Notes under the pieces: generated by a model
Told to the model about the DNA's origin: nothing
The model's database searches: none
The model's input: the letters and a program-made list of their open reading frames with translations, nothing else
Position numbers and translations under genes: made by a program
Assembly: GCF_902713615.1 (NCBI RefSeq)
Contig: NC_052162.1
Location: 52,327,990-52,391,989, forward strand
Direction of reading: 5' to 3'
DNA length: 64,000 nt
Source: Scyliorhinus canicula
Lineage: Eukaryota
In this document: in pieces, positions 49,955 to 60,989 of the stretch
How positions within the stretch are numbered: position 1 is the stretch's first letter
Layout of the letters: every line of letters starts with the position of its first letter

Positions 49955-51445
49955 CTAGAACATAGAACACTACAGCGCAGTACGGGCCCTTCGGCCCTCG
50001 ATGTTGCGCCGACCTGTGAAACCATCTGAAGCCTATCTGACCTACACTATTCCATTTTCATCCATATGTCTATCCAGTGACCACTTAAATGCCCTTAAAG
50101 TTGGTGAGTCTACTACTGTTGCAGGCAGGGCGTTCCACACCCCTACTACTCTCTGAGTAAAGAAACTGCCTCTGACATCTGTCCTATATCTATCACCCCT
50201 CAATTTAAAGCTATGTCCCCTCGTGTTGGTCATCACCATCCGAGGAAAAAGACTCTCACTGTCCACCCTATCTAACCCTCTGACTATCTTATATGTCTCT
50301 ATTAAGTCACCTCTCAGCCTTCTCCTCTCTAATGAAAACAACCTCAATTCCCTGAGCCTTTCCTCGTAAGACCTTCCCTTCATACCAGGCAACATCCTAG
50401 TAAATCTCCTCTGAACCCTTTCCAAAGCTTCCACATCCTATAATGTGGTGACCAGAACTGCACGCAGTACTCCAGGTGTGGCCGCACCAGAGTTATGTAC
50501 AGCTGCAGCATGACCTTGTGGTTCCGAAACTCAATCCCCCTGCTTATAAAGGCTAGCACACCATATGCCTTCTTAACAGCCCTATTAACCTGGGTGGCAA
50601 CTTTCAGGGATTTATGTACCTGGATGCCGAGATCTCTCTGTTCATCTACACTACCAAGAATCTTGCCATTAGCCCAGTACTCTGCATTCCTGTTACTCCT
50701 TCCAAAGTGAACCACCTCACACTTTTCCGCATTAAACTCCATCTGCCACCTCTCAGCCCAGCTCTGTAGCTTATCTATGTCCCTCTGTATCCTATAACAT
50801 CCTTCAGCACTATCCACAACTCCACCGACCTTCGTGTCATCTGCAAATTTACTAACCCATCCTTCTACACCCTCTTCCAGGTCATTTATAAAAATGACAA
50901 AGAGCAGTGGCCCCAAAACAGATCCTTGCGGTACACCACTAGTAACTGAACTCCAGGATGAACATTTGCCATCAACCATCACCCTCTGTCTTCTTTCAGC
51001 TAGCCAATTACTGATCCAAACCGCTAAATCACCTTCAATTCCATACTTCCTTATTTTCTGCAATAGCCTACCGTGGGGAACCTTATCAAACGCCTTACTG
51101 AAATCCATATACACCACATCAACAGCTTTACCCTGATCCACCTGTTTGGTCACCTTCTCAAAAAACTCAATAAGGTTTGTGAGACATGACCTACCCTTCA
51201 CAAAACCGTGTTGAGTATCGCTAATCAACTTGTTCTTTTCAAGATGATTATAAACCCTATCTCTTATAACCTTTTCCAACATTTTACCCACAACCGAAGT
51301 AAGGCTCAAGTCAATAATTACCAGGGTTGTCTCTACTCCCCTTGAACAAGGGGACAACATTTGCTATCCTCCAGTCTTCCGGCACTATTCCTGTCGACAA
51401 AGACGACATAAAGATCAAGGACAAAGGCTCTGCAATCTCCTCCCA
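49955..51445 (-). mobile_element. Young 5'-truncated CR1 LINE inserted into an older plus-strand CR1 relic
   Basis: 326-aa and 130-aa ORFs with QHGFVKGRSCLTNL, YMDFSKAFDKVPH, GVPQGSVLGP, FADDTK; tail reads agaacatagaac on the plus strand. Confidence 0.93.
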
Positions 51446-51813
51446 GCAGCACTAATGGGCGATATTGTAAGTGAAAGGAAATGGTGACAAGTTGAATAAG
51501 TTCTCAGTATTTGCAGTACAGGAAGAAGATAGTATGCCACATCTCAGAAGCTGTACAGAATTGGACATTAGCACATTAAAAATAACATGCAAAATAATAG
51601 TAGTAAAGGAGAAATTAATTGCACTTGAATGATAAATACCCAGGAGAATATATTTCCTATTCCAGCATTTTAAAGGAGGGTGCAGCCATACAGATTCTGT
51701 ATGATTTCAAAGTTCTCCTGAGGAACCATTTTGACGGGAAAATTGCATATCGTTGTGCTATTTAAGAATGCAGAGACGGAGTTATGGACCAATTATCTTA
51801 ACTTGTCAGGAAA

Positions 51814-52000
51814 TGGGGCTGGTTTAGCACACGGCTAAATCGCTGGCTTTGAAAGCAGACCAGGGCAGGCCAGCAGCATGGTTCAATTCCTGTACCAGCC
51901 TCCCCGAACAGGCGCCGGAATGTGGCGACTAGGGGCTTTTCACAGTAACTTCATTTGAAGCCAACTTGTGACAATAAGCGATTTTCATTTTTTTTCATTT
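51814..52000 (+). mobile_element. tRNA-derived SINE family 2, full length
   Basis: ggggctggtttagcac...ggttcaattcc...(tttca)n. Confidence 0.8.
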
Positions 52001-52269
52001 CAAATTATTAGCGTATAATTAAGAGAGGAGTGACTGAAAACTTTCTACACTTATCTGATTGGAGAGCGAGCATGGATTTGAAAAGAGTAGGTTCTAACTG
52101 ATGAAATTTTTGGAAGCGTTGACTAAAATAGCCCCTGTGATGATTAGGTAATTATTATGGAAGTTTATCCTGAATTTGGTCTCCTTGCTGACTTCCTTAA
52201 GAACATTGCTACAAAAGAACAAAATTTGGCCTCCTTGCTGACTCTCCCGCAAACACGGCTGCAAAAGTA

Positions 52270-52880
52270 CCAAAAATGGATCTTGGGAGGTGCCACAGGT
52301 GGAGGACTTCGAGAAAGTTAAACAACAGCTGCTGTCATCCCATTTCAACCCCAAAAAGGAATTCATCCTGAAATGTGATGCTTCCTCTTACGGGGGTTGG
52401 GGTGGTACTTTCACACCGCTGAAAAGCAGGAACAGGAGGTATTGAGGAAGGCGGCTTGGCGGTAGTGTTCGGTGTAAAAATTTCACCAGTAAGTCTACGG
52501 CAGATGTTTCATAAAGTGACGACCTCAAGTCCTTATTGGGTCTTTGAGGATAAGGCACCCCCCCCTCCCCCATTGCCTCCACCTGGATACATGGTTGGGC
52601 TGTTACTTGCAGCTTATGAATATCTCTTAGAGCACCAGCCAAGAACATGAATAGCTAAACTCTGAGGCCTTGAGTTGCCTCCCACTGTAACGAGCCTAGC
52701 TCTCTTCCCGGCATTGAAATAGGTTACCCCAAATGTTTTTTTAGAGACTTTACCGGTGTTTGAAAGCAAATCTAGACCAGGACGCAAAAGGATCCAACAC
52801 CATTGAAATTGAAGCATATCCTGAACGGTGGAGTCCAAGGACAACCCTCAAAATAAATGACCAAGAAAGATGAACTGTGT
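52270..52880 (+). mobile_element. Gypsy-type LTR retrotransposon pol relic (RT/RNase H junction)
   Basis: WEVPQVEDFEKVKQQLLSSHFNPKKEFILKCDASSYG, like the AF..K......F.P.....L.CDAS.YG.G motif; frameshifted. Confidence 0.65.
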
Positions 52881-52899
52881 CGAAGATGGTATAGGAAGG

Positions 52900-53150
52900 C
52901 AGCATAGTGGTTAATTCCCGCCTCGGATAACCGTGTGGAGTTTGCACTTTCTCCCCCTGTCAGAGTGGGTTTCCTCCGGGTGCTCCGGTTTCCTCCCACA
53001 GTCCAAAGATGTGCAGGTTAAATGAATTGGTCATGTTAAATAGCCGCATAGTGTCTAAAAGGGTAGTTAGGGGTATGGGGATAGGGTGGAGTGCTCTTTC
53101 CAAGGGCTGGTGCAGACTCGATGGGTTTCCTGCTGCACTAAATTCTATGT
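52900..53150 (+). mobile_element. V-SINE, partial
   Basis: V-domain core sequence present. Confidence 0.7.
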
Positions 53151-53226
53151 AATTCTAAGGTAGCTTGCCCAATAGGAAACGTATGGCTGGAGCTTAAAAC
53201 CTTCTCCTCCAACCCAGACCAGCATT

Positions 53227-53420
53227 TTTGTTAGTCTCCGGGCTTGGATGCGTGTATTGCAAGTCGTGGCAGGGGTCTTTTTCAGTACTGCAATCACGGT
53301 TATGGTGTTGGAAGACTGGCTTTGTTAGTCCCTGGGCTTGGATGCGTGTATTGCAAGTCGTGGCAGCGGTGTTTTTCATTACTGCAATCACATGGTTATG
53401 GTGTTGGAAGACTGGCTTTG
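53227..53420. repeat. Tandem duplication, 2 x ~94 bp
   Basis: Units start tttgttagtc at 53227 and 53321 and are highly similar. Confidence 0.9.
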
Positions 53421-53446
53421 GTGAAGTTATTACAGTTGGGTAAAGT

Positions 53447-53608
53447 TGAAATGAAATGAAAAATGAAATGAAAATCACTTATTGTCACGAGTAGGCTTCA
53501 AATGAAGTTACTGTGAAAAGCCCCTAGTCGCCACATTCCGGCACCTGTTCGGGAAGGCTGTTACGGGAATCGAACCGTGCTGCTGGCCTGCTTTCAAAGC
53601 CAGCGATA
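53447..53608 (-). mobile_element. tRNA-derived SINE family 2
   Basis: Same sequence as the 24035 copy. Confidence 0.75.
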
Positions 53609-53911
53609 AGCTGATAAACTGAAGGAAAATTATTGATCTGGCTCAAAAATTGGTTGAGTGGTAGGAAACCAAGGGTAGGGATAATGGGCATGTACTCAAA
53701 TTGGTAAGATGTGGTGACTATTGGTGTCCCATCAGGATCTGCACTTGGGTTTTAACTATTCACTGACTTAGAGCCACATATCCTGGTTTGCTACTGCATC
53801 AGAGATGGGCTGCATTGTAAAATGTAGATGAAAGCATAATAGTAGAAAGATAAACTGGTTGATAAAGTGAATTTAAAAAAAACTATCAAATGGATTTTAT
53901 GCAGGCAAGCG

Positions 53912-54786
53912 TGTTATGGGCCAGGGTTTAGAGAACTCCAAAGTATATCATGGAAATCACCTGACCCACAACTTTTACTATGGGTATGGGAAGCACATGG
54001 CCCACTCTGCAGGTGTGGTGGAACAGAAATCTAAAAGTATTTTTTGAAGCAAAACAATGTTTATTCGATGAACTCGGTTAACCTTTTTTAAAAACGTGAA
54101 CATCTAAGTAACCATCAATCCAAATACAACCCCCAAAAATACAACTCAAGTAATCCTTAAACTCCTTTTAACACCCATAAGACAAAAACCCTTTTTTACA
54201 GAAGCACATCAGGTTTAAATTCTGTACTGAACAGTTACCACTCTGAATTCACCAAATGATCTAGAGATCATCTTTAGATGGCAGAGAGATCAACATTACT
54301 CCTTCTTTGGCTGGCTGCAGCTCCAACACTAAAACAATACTCAAAAAACAGAGCTCGAGCTCAGCTCCACCCACACTCTGACATCACTGCAGCCACTTTG
54401 GGGGCAGCACGGTAGCATAGTAGTTAGCACTGTTGCTTCACAGCTCCAGGGTCCCAGGTTCAATTCCCGGCTTGGGTCACTGCCTGCGGAGTCTGCACGT
54501 TCTCTCTGTGTCTGCGTGGGTTTCCTCCAGGTGCTCTGGTTTCCTCCCACAGTCCAAAGATGTGCAGGTTAGGTGGATTGGAATGCTAAATTACCCTTAG
54601 TGTCCAAAAAATTGGGTGGGGTTACTGGGTTATGGGGATAGGGTGTACGTGTGGGCTTGGGTAGGGTGCCCTTTCCAAGGGCTGGTGCAGACTTGATGGG
54701 CCGAATGGCCTCCTTCTGCACTGTAAATTCTATGAAATTCTGCACTTGAGCAGACAAACATTTCTTAAAGTGACATTCCCATGACA
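53912..54786. mobile_element. Solo LTR inserted into an old CR1, with a V-SINE nested at about 54400-54735
   Basis: TGTTATGGG...CCCATGACA inverted ends; 4-bp TSD AGCG/AGTG; removal restores CR1 AGKCEVIH. Confidence 0.75.
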
Positions 54787-55689
54787 AGTGTGAGGTCATC
54801 CACTTGTTCCAAAGAGATTTGGGATCCACGTACATAGACCATTTTTTGTACCCGACCACAATATTTTTTTTTAAATCGAGAAGACTATCAGAATGCTCGA
54901 CATTATGTCTAGTAGGACTAGAACAGAAAGAGTAGAAGTTATGATGTAGCTATGCAAAGCTCTGGAGAGACCACACACTAGTTCAGATATTTTCACCTCA
55001 GAAGGAGTGCAATGTTGATTGATAAGAATTGTACCTGGACTCCTGGCTTAACATTACGAGGGGAAATTTACACAAACTGGGGTTGTATTCCCTGGAATGG
55101 AGTAAATTCAAAGGGGTGATGTGAAAAGATATTAAGGAGAACAGTAAATGATAGATACAAAGTTTTGCTGTTTCTATGTTCCATATCATGCCCCATCCTA
55201 ACTTGGGTGTTAGATTATACAGAAATGACAAGACAGAAACAGTTTTTAGACCATCAAGGCCATGTCGGTGTTTAGCCTCAATGCGAGCAGTTCCATGCCT
55301 GGTTCCTTTCAACCAATCACCTCGGCTTCAATCACTAACAGAAAGCCATAGCCTCGTAAACATGTGTAAAAAGGGAGTTGTATGCCCGGAGCCATGAATA
55401 TCTATCAAACCACTGCAAAGTGCCATGAGTTTTGCTACAGGAAGGGTGAGGAGGCAGTTCCTGGATCTACTTCAGCCGGACCGCAGATCAAACACTGCTG
55501 ATTTATTTAATCATTCACTCATGTGTACAGTAAATATCTGAGTTCAGTGCTTCAGCACTTTAACTGATCTGGGGCAATATTAAATGGAGGACATCGGTCG
55601 GAAAAGTCTCAAAGGTTGCCTTTAAGTAAATCAAGGAGATGTAACAGTTAGGCTTTTAACTACTGCCCCTCCTCCCAAAACAGGAACAT

Positions 55690-56238
55690 ATCTCACACTC
55701 TCCTTACGCCTGCCGCCGCTAACATCACTATGGTGCTTCCGCTCGCCACTCTTCCCAAAACATCCCGCTCTCGTCGCTGCTCCGTCCCACTGCCCGTGCT
55801 TCCACTTCCTGGTGTCTGTTAACGTCGTAAAGCTCACAGCTAATTAATTAATAAAAAAAAAACACATTTGCTATTTCCAAAACACATTCTGAATTTCGAC
55901 ATCAAGTAAACGTGGTGTGGATTTTGGATAATGATCACTGTCTCTTAGTTGATGAAACTGCAATGTGCAGAGGTTGTACGGCATCATCTCAGACTGCTGT
56001 TCGGCACTTCCCCATTGATGGGAGACGCCATGTTGTACGGCACCCCCCACGCTCAGCAAAATACTGTACGGCAGTTCCCCATTGACGGGAGACGCCGCGA
56101 TGTACGGCATTCTCGCCCAGGAAGCTTTACGCTGTACGGCAGTTCCCCAATTGATGGGAGCCTCCACGTTGTACGGCATTCCACCGCCGTTGACAACGTT
56201 GCGCCCTCACCTGGGAAACGGAGAACTCCTGATCAAAC
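55690..56238. promoter_or_regulatory. CpG-rich promoter region of the MORC gene
   Basis: CpG-dense, directly upstream of the ATG; ETS-like CACTTCCTGG at 55803; repeat array at 55975-56180. Confidence 0.6.
55975..56180. repeat. Three ~67-bp units with conserved blocks and variable spacers
   Basis: Units start at 55997, 56064 and 56132; TGTACGGCA occurs 6 times plus one variant. Confidence 0.85.
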
Positions 56239-56277
56239 ATGGCGAGGCTGAGTGAGCATGGGATTCGCCTCAGTGCG
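56239..56277 (+). CDS. MORC3/MORC4-type protein, coding exon 1
   Basis: aaacATGG Kozak context; MARLSEHGIRLSA|gtaagc (compare MORC3 MAAQPPRGIRLSA). Confidence 0.9.
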
Positions 56278-56374
56278 GTAAGCTTTAAAAACCCGAAACA
56301 ACCGGCAGGAACCTGATGGAGCTGAGTTGCACATCTGCCAAATAACGCTGACGATGTTTTATTTTGCTCTTCAG

Positions 56375-56447
56375 ATGAGCCCCACCTACTTACACACGAA
56401 CTCGACCAGTCACACCTGGCCTTTCAGCGCAATCGCCGAGCTCATAG
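56375..56447 (+). CDS. MORC3/MORC4-type protein, coding exon 2 (start of the GHKL ATPase domain)
   Basis: ttcag| [25 protein letters not shown]|gtaagg, leading to the ELIDNA N-box; no later exon recognised in the window. Confidence 0.93.
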
Positions 56448-56584
56448 GTAAGGCTTGTCATTCTAATTGTGTGATATCATATCGCTCATGCTCGGCTCCT
56501 CTGCTAATCACAACAGTTCAGCCGTCTGAAATTGTATATTTAATTATTTAATTATGTCCCAAGTCCCACCGTAGGGACAACCAA

Positions 56585-57110
56585 ACTTGCCCGGCGGGGG
56601 CGGGGCGATCGCCTGGATGACTGACGGATGTCTGGGCCAATAGGGCGGCGGATCAGCCGTCGGGGTCGGGCTCACCCACCTCTGACGGACATGGGCCTTG
56701 GCCAGTCAGCGAGCTTGGGGTGGGCTGCAAGTACCCGATTGGCTGGAATGTCTGATTAGCATTTGCGCGAGCCAATTGAATTTGAACTGCCGTTAACGCC
56801 CGTGAAGTGACGCGCGGCAGAGACAGCAACAGAGTAGGGTTGGCGCCGTCCGATGGACCCCGGGTCGCCAGAAGGAACAACGTGTTCGGGTTGTAAAGTA
56901 ATGAGCTGGTTGGGTGGAAGGGATTGAACAAGCTGTCAGTTGTCTGCAGCACTTCTTGTCACCTGACTTCCCCCTCCCCGCTGCTGGCTTTCCGGCCAAT
57001 CACAGAGCGCAACGGAATCACAACAAACACCGCGTGACAATGTAAGCGAGTCTGCAACTTCCGGGTTGGCTGCGGGCAGGGGAGCACGCGGGGCGCTGTG
57101 ATTGGCCGGC
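56585..57110. promoter_or_regulatory. Second CpG island with promoter motifs inside MORC intron 2
   Basis: GC box at ~56597; CCAAT/ATTGG at 56637, 56738, 56772, 56996 and 57101; CTTCCGG at 57058. Confidence 0.5.
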
Positions 57111-57226
57111 TCGGGGGGCCGGCTGTGGTTGGCTGGGTCGGGGGTCAGTTGCGGTTGGCCGGCTCGGGGGGCCGGCTGTGGTTGGCCTGCTCGGGGGCCC
57201 GGCTGTGGTTGGCTCGCTCGGGGGCC
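57095..57226. repeat. GC-rich minisatellite, ~26-27-bp unit, about 5 copies
   Basis: Repeated (g)gctgtggttggccggctcggggggcc. Confidence 0.85.
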
Positions 57227-59480
57227 ACATATGTCTGGTCAGCTCTGGGGTGTTAGCCGGCAGTGTTTCAATGGGCTGAGTGGCAGTCTGTCCAAAGTGG
57301 AAGGATAGTCAGGGATAATTGTAGTTCCAAATGCACTGTGGTCTAAGCAGGAATTTGAACAAAAAGTTCTAGTTTAGCTCATCACTTTATCAGCAGAATG
57401 ACCCATCCTGATCAGTCTGTTTCGTGTTAGTTAGTGCAAGTATTTATGACATTGGAACAGGCCAACAGATTCATTCTTATGATTCATACATGCCTCATTC
57501 CACCCGCCTTCCCCTAATCCTGTTATGAAGCTTACTTTTGTCATCTCTGGACTTCTATTTTTCTACTATCTTTTATTGTTTGCCATCCTCTATCCTTTCA
57601 AATACTAGAGCAAAAGATTTTTGGTCCTGTCGGCCCGTTATTACTATCTGTTTTGATTTTCCATAAGACCATAGGAATATAAACATTCATCCCTTCGGTC
57701 ATTTAATGAGATCGTGGTTGATCTAACACTCTCCAAGTCCTGCCTTCTCCCTGTAACCCTTAATTCTAGTCACCTTGACACTACATGTAAACTTGTTTTC
57801 TTTTCTTTATCCCAGAATATTGTTGCAAGATTGCCCAAGATTGTCTTATTACCTCCCACACCTGAACAGACTTGACTCTCACTCTCTTTGCATTACTCCC
57901 TCCCTTTACCCCACTGTTGCATACAGTGTTTCTCACTGCCTCGACCCTGTTCTTGAACAACCTGCACTTTTCCAAAGAACCTCCACCATTCTCTTACCAA
58001 GGAGAGCTGTACGCTGAATGGGAAAGTGCTGAGAGAATGACTGGGTTTAAAAACTGTGAGCTGCCTATGCTCATTAAACTTGTGCGGTGGGGGTGGGAGG
58101 GGGGGCTGGGCTCCCTTGTATGTCTATATAAACACATTGTTTGCTGAATTTGTCAACTTTGCTTCTTGGTATGCTTTAATTTTAGTTGAGATTGTTGGTC
58201 GTGAAATTTAAACCTGTGGGCTAACATGTTGGTTGCTTAATTTGATCACTTGTAAACAGTGGCATAATGGTAATGTAACTGGGCTTGTTATCCAGAGGTT
58301 CAGGTCAATGCTGTGGGTTCAGATCCCCAGGACAGCAGCTAAAAACGCACCTGGTCCTTTCAGGAAGGAAATCTGCCATCCCTACCTGTTTTGACTGTTT
58401 TCTGAAATGGCCTAGGAAGGGCAATTAAAGATGGGCAACAAATGTTGACCTTGTCAGCAATGCCCACATCCCATGAAATAATTTACTAAGTGTAACAATT
58501 TTTTTGAAGATTTGGAATAATGCAGATGTGAATTTCACAGCCTCAAAAGTTCTGTGTTTACGGTCAGGTTATGCCTCTTCTAATCTTGGCCATACCCAAG
58601 TACTGCTAATTCACTGTGTTCATTCATGTGCATTTTGGCTGCCACATAGGACCGTGACATATTCTGTCTATCTTGTTATCTGTGTGGGGCTGCCAGTCTC
58701 TTGTGTATATCTTTTCCAGTCATGCCAGGTTTCATTTTCTTTTTGGGCACTGTGAACCTCAAATCAGACTCCAATCCATCTTTTCTTTCTCCGAAGCTTG
58801 AATCTACCTTGGATAAACCCAGGCCGACCTCTGTTCCTTTCCTGACATTGTCTCACTTCTGCCTCCCCACAAGCAACAATCTCAATTGCCCACCTCCCCT
58901 CTCATCAACTTTTTCACCAGCGTCTGTTCGAGGTTAACCTCACCAACCTATTTCCTGACCTGCTCACCTCAGACAACATTGTTCCTTTTGACTCTGCAAG
59001 ACAACCAAGTATCACCCTCTCTTTCTGTAGAATGTAGAATAGAATCTTACAGCTTCGAATGAGGCCGTTCTGCATCAGCTCTTTGAAAGTGGCATCCAAT
59101 TAGTTGCACTTACTTTCTCACCAATGTGACGCTGATTTTGTTTCTTTCATTAATTTATCCAATTCCATTTTGAAAGCTACTGTTTCCACCATCCTTTCAG
59201 ATGGTGCTTTCCAAATCAATAACACAGTGATTTATTTTAAACGCTGGTGCTTTGGCTCATGATCTTGTGTTCTTTGCTCATTAATCCCCTTCCAGGGAAT
59301 ATTTTTTCAAATTCTCATTATTTTGAACACCTTTATTAAATCTCTTCGTAACCTTCTCTGCTGTAAGAACAATCACAACTTGTCAAGTCTTGCCATTTAA
59401 CTGAATTGTTCATCCCTGGCATCATTCTCATAATGGTCTTTAAGACTTTGACACCCTTCCAAGAGTATGGCTGCAGAATT

Positions 59481-60161
59481 GGGCGGGATTCTCAGAAAAT
59501 GGAGCTATGTCCCCATGCCGGCGGGAAAACCGGCGTCAACGGCCCCCCAAGCTGAGGAATTCTCACCTTTCTAGGGGACTAGGTTGCTGCCGGAGTCGTT
59601 AGCTTCGCTCCAGCCGGCGGCGAAGGGCCAGCGCGAGTTCGCGCATGCGCGGACCAGCCAGCATGATCACGCGCATGCATGGACCGGCTGGCGTATTTCC
59701 ACGCATGCGCGGGGGTTCTCTTCTTCGCGCCGAACCCCCGGGCAATATGGCAGAGCCCCACAGGGGCCTGGCACGGAAGAAAGAAGTCCCCCCACGGAAC
59801 AAGCCCACCCGCAGATCGGTGGGCCCCGGACCCCCCCCTCCGGGGTCGGATCTCCCTGCGCCCCACCGAGGACCACCCCCGCATACTCGCCTGCCAGGTC
59901 CTGCCGTGCATGAGGTGAATAATTCATGCCGGCGGGACTGGCAAAAAATGGATGGCCGCTCGGCCCATCGGGGCACGGAGAATTGGCGGGGAGGGGGGGT
60001 TGCTGTCAACGGCCCACAATTGGCATAGCAGGAATCACGCCCCTGCCCGAGAAACGGCGCTGGAGTAAAGGGCAGCCGCCGTTGGGACGGGATTCGCAGC
60101 TTCCCCCCCCCCCCCCACCCAGTGATTCTCCGACTCGGCGCAGGGTCGGAGAATTCCGTCC
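59481..60161. mobile_element. Harbinger-type MITE inserted in a degraded minus-strand CR1
   Basis: TIRs GGGCGGGATTCTC / GAGAATTCCGTCC (2 mismatches); related to the 6684 element. Confidence 0.75.
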
Positions 60162-60989
60162 TGTATTCCAGTTGAGGCTTAACTAGTGATTTGTGAAGGT
60201 TTAGTTTAGCCTAAGCCCTTTGTTTTTTTGTATTCTATGACTGTTGATAAAGCCCATTTTATTTTAACTGTCTTCTCAACCTGTCCTCCCCTTCAGATAT
60301 TTGTATTTGTGAACCCACAAGTCTCTGCTTTAGCACACTCTTTAATATTGTACTACTTTGTTTATATTGCCAGTCCTCATTCTTCCTTACAAAATACAAA
60401 ATTCCCACTTCTCTGCATTAAATTTAATCTGATGTGTGCTGCCAATTTCATCAGCCTGATTTTGCTATCCTGAAGTTTGCTATTGTACTCTTACTCAACT
60501 TCCAAGTTTTGTGTCATCTGCGTACCTCAGAATTTTGCCTTCTATATCGAAGTCCAGGTCATTGTACACATTAGAAGAGCTCTGGCAGTTACACTATCCT
60601 TTGAGGTACACCACTGTGTACTTCCCTCCCGTTCCTCAAACAACTGTTCACCACATATCTCTACTTTCTGATTCTTAGCCACAATGCCATTGCTCCTTCA
60701 GCCCTAAAGGCTCTGATTTTAACAAGTCATTTGTATGGAACTTTATTGAATATCTTAGTAAATCTGTGTACTCAACAAGACTACCTTCAGCTCTCATTTA
60801 CTTCATCAAATTACTCAATCTAGTTTGTCAGATACAATTTTTCCTTAACAGTTTGATGTTGACTGTCATTTGTTAACTAACGCATGTCTTTCACTTAAGA
60901 GTTTTGTCCTGGGTTATAGTATCTAGATATCTGTACTACCAACTGGCCTACAGTTAACAGGTTTATCCCTCTCTTTTACTTCCTAAATG

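Noticed and set aside
53252-53275. miR-25/92 family member (TATTGCA)
   Set aside because: The sequence continues TATTGCAAG rather than TATTGCAC and the remainder does not match
1214-54735. tRNA genes suggested by A/B-box motifs
   Set aside because: All are heads of multi-copy SINEs, without complete cloverleaves
55975-56180. CRISPR array
   Set aside because: Vertebrate promoter context, no cas genes, imperfect repeats and only three units; kept as a regulatory repeat instead
59579-60186. Overlapping ORFs in GC-rich blocks (also 6646-7342 and 62618-63264)
   Set aside because: They lie inside TIR-bounded MITEs, are stop-poor because of GC content, and have no protein motifs
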